64,000 nt of DNA, taken from contig JBITNC010000001.1 of assembly GCA_050084985.1 (NCBI GenBank), positions 87,296,001-87,360,000 of the forward strand. Reading direction: 5' to 3'. Source of the stretch: Nageia nagi. Lineage: Eukaryota > Plantae > Pinophyta. The first letter of the stretch is position 1. Every line of letters starts with the position of its first letter. The position numbers were made by a program, and so were the translations under genes. The notes below the pieces were generated by a model that was given only the letters and a program-made list of their open reading frames with translations, was not told the DNA's origin and searched no databases. Positions 1 through 12,361 of this stretch are shown here, one piece after another.

Positions 1-2297
1 TTACCTCTTAAAAATATTTATTTCCCCCTAAAATCAAAATTTCTTTGACTAAAAAGAAATGATGAAGCATTCAATTTGGACTTGGAGTTTTACGATAACT
101 CAAGGAAAAATACACTTTTACACTCCATGTTAGATTTATTAAATGCTCTAAGTTAAATAGGATAAGTTACTTGTTAAAGGAGGCAAAAAATTAATTATGA
201 TAACAACTCTAAAAAAATAGGGCATATGGATACCCATCAAGAAGTTAATGCAAGTAGGTAGAGAAGGAAGCCAAAAAAAATGCAATGGTCAGAGGGGGCC
301 ATGTAGAGGGTGTGAACCAAGAGCATTGAGAGGAAGGTCATGTTATAGAGTCATAAGTTTGGTAGAAAAGGAGAATGTAAAAAAAAAATGGTAGGTTTTG
401 AGGTGGCTAAAAGAGCCACGCATCATGGGTCTGAGGTTAGTCACAAGCTACAAGTAAATGGTGGTCAATCATGATCACATACACATAGCACAAGGAAAAA
501 AAAATGTTGTGAGGGCAACAAGGACCCATTTTACAATGTAATTCCCTCTACCTCACTCTTTAACCTATGATATAAGGTGGGTTTTGAGGCAATTGAGGGG
601 GAAGATGGATGAGGGGGCACCCAAAGGCAATGGAAGGAGGTGGCAAAGCAATGGTAGAGGAAGGAAGAAAGGGGGTCATGAAGTGAAGGTGATGGTTGAA
701 AGTTCTGCATAAAGGTGGCATAGCTAATCCTCATGGTTTGCAACAAGTCAAAGAAATATTCTATTTAATTAGCTCCCCTTCAATGTAGTCTATTATGGCA
801 AACTAGAATAAGGGCTTCACCCCTATTAGTAATTCAAACCCCTCCTTTCATGTATGGAAGTTTTGTTTTGAAGGCTAGCCATTCGATAGGGGGAGAAATA
901 ATCATTCATCTATGAATCATCAAAGGAAAGCATTTTGGTTCTAGTTTATGAATCTCCTTCTCATGGTAAATGAAAATGGGGGCTTAAATCATTTTGAGAA
1001 AGCCATATCTCTAGAGAACTTCTTCTGCCTAGAAGTGGTGTCACCCAAGCATGGCCTAGAGAGAGTTTGTGCGCTCATGGCAGGCTACCCAATGGTAAGG
1101 AAAAAAAATGTTGTGAGGAGGTCAACTAGTTTTAAATGTATTAGAGGTAAACTATAAGGGTGAGGCCACACAGGGCTAAGAGAGCCATGCAGAAGAGACT
1201 CCATTTCATAGCTACATGCAAGAGGAGGCCAACTCAATAGGAGGCACACAACCACCTATAAACATGTTTTTTTTCCCAAAAAAAATGTTTATTGTAAAAA
1301 AATAAAATGTATTGAAATAAATACTCTTCCCCCTTTTTATGAAGGATTGAAAAAAAATTAAACTATATTGCAATTGTAAATAAATAATTTTATTTTCAAC
1401 TAAGATAAGAAATTTGACTTCCCTCCTTTATTTTAACAAAAAAAAAAAAAACTTTATAAAAGATATGTATATTTTTTAAAAAAATGCAATTGTTATATAC
1501 TCTCCTCTTAAAAAAAATACTACTAATATAAAAGGTAATAAAAAATTGCATTTTATTGCTATTATAACTACAAACAAAGGACTAACATAATATTTTTTTT
1601 TAAATGTTAGTATTCTAATGAGTATAATCTTCAAAAAAGAAAGGAGGTTATACCTTCTGAAATATTTACCTTACAAGGTTGTAAGTGAAATAAGAATACT
1701 CCCAAGTTGAAGAAAGATGAGATACCTCAAATAAGAAGAGCCTCCACACCTAGGATGTGAAGAGGAGCCTCCAAGGAGCTCTGATACCAATTTTAAGGAA
1801 CTAACACTAATAAGATAATTCCTAAACAACCAAGATCTCTTGAAAGCTCACAATACACATCTAACAATCTTACAAATAAGATAATCTCACAAAGTAACTC
1901 AAGATGTAAAGTGGTTCCTTCAACTAGGAGTACATCTACTAACTAGATCTTTACTTCAATCACAAATACAACTCTCTTACAATTCTCATAATCTAAACTC
2001 CTACACTTCTATCCTATAGCATAACTTTACTCCACAATTGGTGTGTGATCACAAAAAGGGAGCTTTCTATTTATAGGCCAAAATCCCTATTTGGATCACC
2101 CTTTTATCTAATGTACAAAAACATGACATGGACATCCTTTTACCTAAGGGGCATGCTCATGGCATGGAGTGTAGGACAAGATACATTATCATATTCACTT
2201 AAATACTTAAGGTATCAAATGATACCTTTAAGTATTAGTGAATTTATATAGAATATTTAATAAAAACCTTTACAATAATGCATTATACATTCCAACA
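1..2297 (-). mobile_element. Ty1/copia-family LTR retrotransposon copy A: 5' LTR (~1792-2297), PBS and decayed internal region running off the window
   Basis: The minus strand starts TGTTGGAATGTATAATGCATTATTG at 2297, the same LTR start as at 3758 and 5952. An iMet-tRNA PBS (TGGTATCAGAGC) lies at 1789-1778 directly inside the LTR. No gag ORF was recognised in 1-1777. Confidence 0.7.
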
Positions 2298-4190
2298 AAC
2301 ATGTTGTGATCCCAGACTCTCCTAGAATCATTATTTCCCTTAACTCTAACTCTTAGTTAGTAGATGCTACAACTTACAGGTAATTTCTAGGCTAGATATT
2401 ACTTGTACAATGAATTTGATGGCATGATTTATGCAAAAACCGTATGTTGAACACCTTAATGCTATTAAGCAAATATTAAGGTATGTTGCAAGGATGAAGG
2501 ATCTTGCTCTCAAATATTCCACGTTACCTTTGTTTGTTCTCTCAGCGTTCTCAAATTATGACTATGGGGGAGATAGAGATGACTTGAAATAAACCTATGT
2601 GTATGTATTTAGCATTGGTTTAGGTGCTATCTCTTGGGCTTCCAAGAAGTAGCCTACTATTTCTCTTTCCACCATAGAAGCCAAATATTGTGCCATTTCT
2701 ATTGCAGCCCAGGAAGCTATTTAGCTTAGGCATATTTTGAAAGAAATTAGGTATGAGCAAGTTGGCCCATATCTTATTTTTTGAGATAATAGATCAACTA
2801 TTTCTTTAGCTAAGAATCTAATGTTTCATTAGAGAACAAAACATGTGAAAAATTTTAATCCCACTTTATTAAGAAAAAGGTTCTTAATGGCATTATACAC
2901 TTGGAGTATTTTCCATCAACCTTGAACTCCATTGATTTTTTCACTAAGCCCCTCCTTGAAGCTTATTTTAGTAAGCTTAGGGATGCTATCGGGTTGGTGA
3001 AGTTGCCATCAAGGGGAATGAAGTTTGAATTCCTGTGTTGAATTCATGTTTGTAATGAAAATTTCACCCCTAGGGAACTTTATGTTGTATAGTGTTGATT
3101 TTGTTGTACACCTTCATGGTAAGTTCACTCTACATGAGGAACTTGTTATACAATTTTTTGAGTAAATGATTAGCCAATCTAGCATTATTTAGTTATCCAT
3201 GTGTGAAGAACTCATATGTATATTTTGGCATTGTTTAGTTATCCATATGTGAGGAACTGTTATATGCATTGTTATGCTCTATTTTGTAATGATAATCAAC
3301 ACATATTTTTTATATACAATAGATGACTATGATGATTGGCTTGGCATCTTCGCGATGACTTATAGTGCACCATTGATCAATATATGATGGCATTATTTAA
3401 TTCATATATCCTTGTTTATATGAATGTGTTACATCTAACTAATTTTGTTATTTGAGCTGCTTGTAACTTATAGATTTCTTTTGAAATTATAGGTTACTTA
3501 CTTCAGGTGTGCAGGCTCATGGAGACTTATCATGAATTTAAGTTAGATGACTACTTTATGTACATTGAAATCAATTATGGTTAATGATTGTATTGTAAAC
3601 TATTTGTTAAAATAGTAAATTAGTGAGTCTCAAACTTAGATCTTGCTTACTTCACAAAGATGTAAAAATTTCTCATCTTCAGTTGTATCTATATGGAGGA
3701 TAACTCTCTCTTTCTTCTCTCTTTTTCACTGTATCCCAATATTGCATTAAGGGAGAGTGTTGGAATGTATAATCCATTATTATAAAGTTTTGTAATATTC
3801 CTTTTTGTAATTTCACCAATATTTAATGGTATCACTAGATACCTTAAGTATTTAAGTGAATATGATAACATAACTTGTCCTACACTCCATCTCATGAGCA
3901 TGCCCTTTGGGTAAAAGGGAGTTGCATGTCATGCTTTTATACAATGGTTAAAAGAGTGGTCCAAAGGGAGATTTTTTTCCTATAAATAGAAGGCTCCCTC
4001 TTTATGATCACTCACCAATTTGTGAAGCAAATTTATGCTCCAAGATAGTGATTAGGAGATGAAGTTAGAAGGATTGTAAAAGAGTTGCCTTTGTGAATGA
4101 AGTAAGATCTTGTTAGTGGATGTACTCCTATTTGAGGAACCACTTTATATCTTGAGTCACTTTGTGATATTTTCTATGCTTGAGTTTTGT
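2298..4190 (+). mobile_element. Ty1/copia copy B: RT C-terminus/RNase H remnant, 3' UTR, PPT and truncated 3' LTR
   Basis: 2380-3020 reads as decayed copia pol (FMQKPYVEHLNAIKQILRYV, GAISWASKK, FFTKPL) with stops. The PPT AAGGGAGAG precedes the LTR start TGTTGGAATG at 3758. Confidence 0.85.
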
Positions 4191-4199
4191 TGATTGAGA

Positions 4200-6514
4200 A
4201 AGATTTCATATAATATTGGACATTTAGGATTGTATTCTTTATAGATCAATCCCTTCAAAGGAAATATTTGAAATGATTGATCTTGGTCTCTTGCACTACT
4301 AACTTAGTATGCAAATGTATGAATATAAGAATCGTAATTACCTTAGTCAATTAAAGTATATCTCAAACATATTACAAACATTTGGAATGGATATGTGCAA
4401 ATTTATTGTAATCATAGTCTCTCCTAGAATCAATTTGTCTCTTAACTCCAAGTCTTAGTTGGTAGATGTTATGGTTTATAGGAAATTAATTAGCAGTCTT
4501 CTTTATTGACTATCCTTAGGCTAGATATTATCTTTGTAGTAAATATTATGGTACAATTTATGAAAAAAATATATGTAGAGCACTTTAATTTTATTAAGCA
4601 AATCTTGAGGTATATTACAAGAATGAAGGATATTTCTCTAAAGTATTCCAAGTTACCCTTATTTGTTCTCTCAGGGTTCTCAGATTCTAACTATAGGGGA
4701 TAAAGAGATGACATGAAAGCAACCTCTTCTTATATATTTAGCATTGGATCAGGTGTTATATTTACAAGAGGAAACCTACTACTACTCTCTCCACCATAAA
4801 GGAAGAATATTGATCCATGTCAATCACAACTTAGAAAGCTATTTGGTTAAGGAATATTTTGAAAGAAATTGGGTATGATCAAGCTCATCCATCTCATATT
4901 TCTTTAGATAATTAGTCGATTATTGATTTGGCAAAGAACCTTATTTTCCATTAGAGAATAAAACTTGTTGAAATCCAATCACACTTTATTAGGAGAAGGT
5001 TTTGGATTATATCATACAATTGCAGTATTTTCCATTAGTCCTAAACTTTTTTTATTTGTTCACCAAGCCTCTTATTTAAAATAAAATTTGCAAGCTCAAA
5101 AAATATACTAGGGTTACTTAAGTTTCCTTCAAGGGAGAGTGAAGGTTGAATTCTTGTTGAATTCATGTTTATGATGACAATTTCATCATTAGGAGTTTTT
5201 AGTTATATAACATTAATCTTTGTATACACTTTCATGGTTAGTTCTCTTTTTGTGAGGAACTAGTTGTACATTTTTTAAGAATATGATATAAACCTTCATG
5301 GTTAGTTCACTTTATGTGAGGAACTAGTTGTACATTTTTTGAGCATATAATGAATTCTGATAGCATATTTTAGTTATAAATATATGAGATTCAATAATTA
5401 GTATGTGCATTTTGGCACTATTTGGTTATCCATATGTGAGGAACTCATTTATGCTTATGCTATATTTTAAGATATTGATCAACACATGGTTTTTATATAG
5501 CAATTGACTATGAGTATTGGCTTGGCATCTTCATAATGACTTATAATGCACCATCGATCAATTTATGGATGTTATTACTTGATTCATTTATCTTATGTTG
5601 ATATGAATGTTTATATAATGCATTTGAATGGTATTATTTATGACCTACTTGTAGATTACATGTTTATTCTTGAGAGTGCAAGTTACCTACTTCAAGTGGG
5701 CAAGCTCATGAAGGATCATCATGTCAATTTGTTATTGAATGACTACTTTATACAGTGAAACTAGTTTTGGTTAATGATTATTTTGTAAATCATTTTGTCA
5801 AATGGTAATGTAATGAGCCTTAATCTAAGATATTACTTATTTCTCAAATATGTAAATTTTCTCATCTCCAATTGTATCTCTATGGAGGAGAACTCTCTCT
5901 TACTCTCTCTTTCTTCTCTTCATTCTATTGTAATATTACATTAAAGGGGTGTGTTAGAATGTATAATGCATTATTGTAAGGTATTTTAATATAATCCATT
6001 TAATACTTAATAGTATCCTTAGATACCTTAAGTATTTAGCAAATATATTAATGTAAATTCACTAATACTTAAAAGTATCCCTAGATACCTTTTAAGTAGT
6101 TGTGAATAAAATAATGTAACTTATCTTAGACTCCATCTCATGGGCATGCCCCTTAGGTAAAAGGGTTATGCATGTCATGACATTGCAAAATGGTTAAAAG
6201 AGTGATCCAAGGGAGGATTTTGGCCGATAAATAGAGGGCCCTCTCCTTGAGATCACTCACTCAAATTTGTAGAAGTGTTATGCTCTAGGATTGTTAGGAG
6301 AAGTGAAAAAGAGTTGTTGTAAGAGAGTTCTCTTTAAGAATAAGAAAATTTTAGATTAGTGGATGTACTCCCTTGGTTGGGGGAACCACTTTATATTGGT
6401 ATTAACTTTGTGATATTAGTTATTGTGTTTATGTTATTGTGATGATGTTTTAGAAAGCTTTCATGAAATCTTGGTAGAAGAGGAATTTAGTCATTTAGGT
6501 TTAGTTCTCTCCAA
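4200..6514 (+). mobile_element. Ty1/copia copy C: RT/RNase H remnant, 3' UTR, PPT and 3' LTR (5952-~6514)
   Basis: FEMIDLGLLHY near 4270, and ORF 4506-4703 (IKQILRYI...LSGFSDSNY). Collinear with copy B throughout. The PPT AAAGGGGTG precedes TGTTAGAATG at 5952. Confidence 0.85.
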
Positions 6515-6699
6515 TAGTGAATATGATAATGCAAATTCACTAATACTTAAATGTATACTTAGATACCTTTAAATTATTTGAATAGTATTAAGGATTTAAA
6601 TAGTCTTCAAGTGATCTTGGGTAATTAGGAATTAGTCTTATAAGCTTGTTTCTTAAATTATGTTTCAAACATAGAGAATATTCTTACAGAGATTATTGG

Positions 6700-7583
6700 T
6701 GATGTAGGCTATCTTGAGGAACCTTTGAAATACATGGATAAAATACTTATAAAAATTGAATTAGATGTGTGGATGTGTCTACTTGGTGCTTATAAATTGA
6801 ATGGTGTGGTTCATGTAGGCTATCTTGAGGGAGCTTTGAACTTCATGGCAAAAATACCTACAAAAACTAAATTAAGTATGTGGATATGTCTACTCAATGC
6901 TTCTACATAAAATTTTATGATTCGTCATAGCTAAATTGAGGGATATTTGAACTTCACTACCAAAATATCCATAAAACATGAATTGGATGTGTGTATGTGT
7001 CTACATGGTGCTTGTAAATTGAATATTATGATTCATGTAGGCTACCTCGAGGGAGCTTTGAAATTCACTTCCAAAATACCCATAAAACTTGAATTAGGTG
7101 TGTGGATGTGTCTACTTGGTATTTTTAAATTAAATTTTATTGTTTGTATAAACTATATTAAGGGAGCTTTGAACTTACCACTAAAATACCCATAAATCCT
7201 AAAATTAGCTACATGCATGTACCTACTTGCTATTTATAAATCAATTTTATGATTTGTGTAGGCTATATTGAAGGAGATTTGAATGAACTTCACTACCAAA
7301 ATATCTATAAAACCTAAATTGGGTATGTGGATGTGTCTACTTAGTGTTTCTAAACTAAGTGTTATGGTTCATATAAGTTATTTTAATGGATATTTGAACT
7401 TCACTATCAAAATACATATTAAACCTAATTAAGTGTTTATCTAATTAGTTCTTGTAAAATAAATGTTGCAATTTGTGTAGTCTATCTTGAGGGAGCTTGG
7501 AACTTCACTACTAAAATACCTATAAAACTTGAATTAAATGTATGGACATTATATCCATATGGTGCTTGTAAATTGAATGTTAG
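6700..7583 (+). repeat. Tandem array of 8 x ~111-bp units derived from the S2/E1 region of a PLS-class PPR gene
   Basis: Units start at about 6704, 6815, 6926, 7037, 7148, 7258, 7373 and 7477. Consensus translation HVGYLEGALNFTTKIPIKLELDVWMCLLGACKLNIMI (37 aa), visible in ORFs 6725-6910 and 6947-7195. Confidence 0.8.
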
Positions 7584-7589
7584 TTTAGA

Positions 7590-7890
7590 AAGCCTTGATT
7601 GACATGTATGCAAAATATGGAATAATATACAAGGCCTAAGAATTATTTAATAATATGCATGATGCAAATACAATTTCATGGTTTGCAAGATATACACAAA
7701 ATGGGTTTTTTTGAAAAATATCCTAAGATTTATATGCAAATTATGAAAAAATATATAAGGCCTGGTAATGCTTTTACAAGATGCATGATGCAAATTCATA
7801 ATCACATGGTCTGAAATGATTGTGAGATATGCACAAAATCGATTTTTTTAAATTACCCTAGAGACTTTTATTCAAATTGCAATTGATAAG
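7590..7890 (+). pseudogene. PPR (S/P motif) pseudogene fragment
   Basis: Reads ALIDMYAKYG...ELFNNMHDANTISW...YTQNGF, followed by a second MHDA...W..MIV.YAQN unit. Contains stops and indels. Confidence 0.75.
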
Positions 7891-10800
7891 AAAATGATAA
7901 TTAGTTGATAAGAATTATAAGTTAAAATATGAAAGAATACCTTACCAGCATGTTTTCTCACCTCTTCTCTCTCCTACCCCCTCACCTTTAGCAAAACCTC
8001 AAAATGCCTATTTCCAATCTCTCCTCTTTGCTAACCTTAGCATAGCAAACTTGAAAAATTTAAATACTTGAGAACTTTCCAAGTTGCTCTCCTAAGTTCT
8101 TCATGCAATTTTTTTATTCACATTGAGGGACAATTTTAACTACCTCTTTATTTTTTATAGTTTTAATTTAAATCTACTCCATAAAAGTTACCACTAAAAC
8201 CTAATAGTGAGGTAGTTTAAAATTGCCTCCTCAAATTGCTTTCCCCTAAAGCCTATTTTTATTCTAGTTGCTACAACTAGTTATCTACTATTTTTAGCAT
8301 GTGAATAATGTTTGATTTCATGAGAAATACATCCTAGGTCCTTGGGATAATAAGTTAATTGTTGACACCTAAAAGTGGTCCCCTTAATACAGTCCCACCT
8401 AGGTGCAACTTTACACACACATTTAATCATATTTTAGTCATATTTACCCTTATTATCACATATTTCTTAGCTTGTGTTCCTGTGTTTTATGGTAGGTAAA
8501 TCAGGACAACTTCAACCTACATACAAAGGGTAAATGATGATATCATGCTTGATATAAATATAAGTATCTCTAACCTAGGGAAAGCATGTTAAAATTACAT
8601 CTCGATAGTTGGTACCCTACACTTAAGTGTTTCTAAATACCACCTATCATAATTAGAATCTTATTATCACTTGAATAAATATTTTTTATCATATTCATGA
8701 TTATATGCTTGGCTCAATTTATCAACATTCAATTATGTATCGACTCTTGGTGGTGAACTATACTTGTCAAGAACCCTAGTATTTGGACTGAAGTGTGTGC
8801 CCACATTGCTATTTCTATATCTAGTGCATGTGTTGGCATGCACACCTATGCTACCTTTCTCTCTATTATCCTCTATGGGGTTCATGCATCAAGGTCATGT
8901 CTCTTTGATAAGTTCATATTGCATGTATTTAGCTTTGACATAGGTATTTATCTTACACTTGATTCCAATATCTTTAGTGTGTGCTTTCATTTAATATCTT
9001 GATATCAATAAAACCCTAGTTATGTTATTGCACCTACTATACTCTTTATTCAATGTTATTTTTTTATTTGAGTTAAATAGCTTAGATATTACATACTTAA
9101 ATATTAATGTGTATTTAGTTCATTTAGATAGAAACCCTAGGTGTACCAAAACACATACCAACATATTGGTGTCCATCTTTCATAGCATATCCATATGCTA
9201 ATTAGGGTTGGAAAGTGCTACTCGAACACATTATGAATTTTTAATTTTAGGGCATCATATTTTCTATGGAATTTTTCATAGGAAGCCCTAGGGTTTATTG
9301 GCTATTTATTTATCTTAATTTTTTGCAAATTTATAAAGCCCTAATGCTATGAAATTATTTAAAATTTGAGGGTATTTTTGTTTAGTGGAATTTCATTTTT
9401 ATTCAAAACCCTAAATTTTAAGCTTAATTTTTGAAAAATTGGTGACTCTTTGTGCCTTAGAAGTTTTTCTAAACCTTACATATTCATGGTAGGCAACTTT
9501 TAGAAGGTAAAATTAGGTTTGTTTGCCTCCATTTTCATGCAATTTTGAGTTGAAGAAATTTTTGTGGAATTTCATTTTTGCATTAAACCCTTAATTTTAA
9601 AGGTTGTTTTGGTTAATTTGGTGAGTTTTTGCATTGCAAAAGTTTTTTGATCCATATATAATTATTATTGGGATATATTTATGATTTTTAAATTCATATC
9701 TTGCACATAATGGCCAACCTATGCTCCTTTAATGAATTATGTAAAATGTTATTTGTTACATTAATCATTTTATATTGAATTTATCCTACATGTATATCAT
9801 GTCTTTTTTCCCTATGTGATATATTACTAATATGTGTAATAGGAATAATATTATGTAGTATTTTGTGTGTCATAATATATACTATCTTTGGTCATAATTA
9901 TATTCCTCCTACAAATGTCAAAGATAAAGAGCTTCATGAGGTAAGTAATATACCTACAAAACTCGAGAATGATGATATTATTAAGGAACATGTTGCTTTG
10001 GGTAATGATCATGTTATTTATTTAGAACAACATACTACTCTTTCTAAAATGGATGATATGACAATTGTTAATGCTTCTATTAGTGATGTTGATACTCAAA
10101 CTAACAATAATGATAGTCAAGATTCTATGATCGATGCTACTAATCACGATGATGTGATGCTTACTTCTAATAGTAATATGTTTACAACTAAAGATGATTT
10201 AAATGATCATGTTATGCATAATAAACATTAGCATCCACACTCACCTTAGCATCCATGCTCATCTTAACGTTCATACCCATCTTACTGTTTGTACTCACAT
10301 TCTAAAGAATATTGCACTTCTTATTCTGACACTAATATTTTTGTGATGATATAACACATGAATCTTTTTATAATTTTTCAATTAATCCTATAGAAATGTT
10401 TAAAGCTTACTTTGACAAAGGATTTATAAAATTCAAATATGGAAAAGTATATGATAAAACCAAATAAAAACCTAGTTGGTATAAAGAGAATTATTTTTGT
10501 TTGTATCATAAAGTCAAAGGTCATTCAACTAATGGATGTATTAGCATGAAAAGTAAATTGCATAAAATCTTAGAAAGTGGATAAATTACTTATTGCATTA
10601 ATCAAATTTTTGTTGTAGATAAATCTTCTTGTAACAATAATATAGATAATGAGGATATTTAAAACGTTAGTGATGATATTTTTGTTGATACTAATGCTAC
10701 TAATGAGTCTATTGAAGTTGATATGGAACTAATAGATTTGCTAGTATGTACAGAGATTCATGATTGATGAAAGATAATAAATTATGCATTTGATAATGCA

Positions 10801-11021
10801 AAATAAGTTAACTTTATCATCTATCATCAACAAGATATAGGCAAGATTCAGAGGAAAAATAACATTTATGATTGATCAGGTAATATTTCAAGAATTGACA
10901 AATAAGGTACTTAATGTTACATGAACCTTTTTTTATTGTGTTACATATATATTTGGTATGTATTATGTTATAGGCTAGACTTTCATTTTCATATAATATA
11001 TATTGTATTACATATTGCATC

Positions 11022-11210
11022 TTGTCTTTCTTTCCCCTTTGTAGGTTGGGGGCATAATTAACCTTCATTTGTCTTTATTTCCCTTTTGTAGGTTTGGTAC
11101 ATAATCAACCTTCATTTATCTTTCTTTTTCCCTTTGTAGGTTGGGGCATAATTAACCTTCACTTGTGTTCTTTTATCCTTTTTTTGTTGGGGGAAAAATT
11201 AACCATCATT
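11022..11210 (+). repeat. Minisatellite, ~4 x 47-48 bp, inside the LTR element
   Basis: A GTAGGTTGGGGCATAATTAACCTTCAT-like core recurs at about 11041, 11088, 11136 and 11184. Confidence 0.8.
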
Positions 11211-11776
11211 TTGTTGAGTCTTCCTGTCAATATATCTTATTTGTCATATTGTCTAAGTTATTGATGTTTTCTCAAGTCATTTGTTTTATCAAAGTTGTTA
11301 AAGGCCTTTTGGGGTGAAATCAATGATAAACATTAGAAATTTTTAATTAAAAATATTTAGGAACAAACATGTTAGGATCATATTAACATGATAAGATTGT
11401 AGGACAAATTTGGGTGCATGATTCTTCAGGAAACTTAGCATGGATGCTATGTTAATCAATCAAAATAGTAAAATATGATTTAATATTTGGATATATATCA
11501 AAAAATCATGCAAATTTAAAAAGATAATCATCTCAAAATTCTTTATGGATCAAAAGTTATGATCATTTGAAATTTTCAGCCCTAGCAACTGTGAAATAGG
11601 TCTATTTTCACCTCTAAATTAGTCATTTTTGCTTAGAACATGATCAATTATGATATTTTATGAAAATAATGTTATTTATTCTTTATAATACAAAAATAAT
11701 TAGGTTAATCCAATATGTTCACCAAAATTTATGCTTCTTGCAAGTTGGTAGTTTTATGATAATTACAAGTTTTGCA

Positions 11777-12361
11777 AGAATGAGCTAGTCATGAACCAAG
11801 AAGGTTAAAATCATTAAACAAAAAAATTAGCATATCAGATTAGAAGGTACACATATTATCATATTTTTCATCATTATTTATCATGGTTGCATATAATTTG
11901 GAGTTATTTCAAGGATATATACAAAGCTATCAACAAATCATAGAAAAACATTATCAACAAACTGCAACAATATCAAGCATGAAAGTTTTTATATTCAAAA
12001 TTCAAGATCAGCATAAGTTAGGTTGCATACCATTTAAATAAACCCCATGAAAATATTTTATTACCATAGAATGAGCTAGTCATGAACCAAGAAGTTCAAA
12101 ATCATGAAATAAAAAAATTAGCATCTCAGATCAGAAGGTACACATATTATCATGTTTTTCATCATTATTTATCATGGTTGCATATAATTTGGAGTTATTT
12201 CAAGGATATATACAAAGCTATCAACAAATCATAGAAAAACATTATCAACAAACTACAACAATATCAAGCATGCAAGTTTTTATATTCAAAATTCAAGATC
12301 AGCATAAGTTAGGTTGCATACCATTTAAATCAACCCCATGAAAATATTTTATTACAATAGA
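11777..12361 (+). repeat. Near-identical 291-bp tandem duplication
   Basis: AGAATGAGCTAGTCATGAACCAAGAAG starts at 11777 and at 12068. The units differ by only scattered substitutions. Confidence 0.9.
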
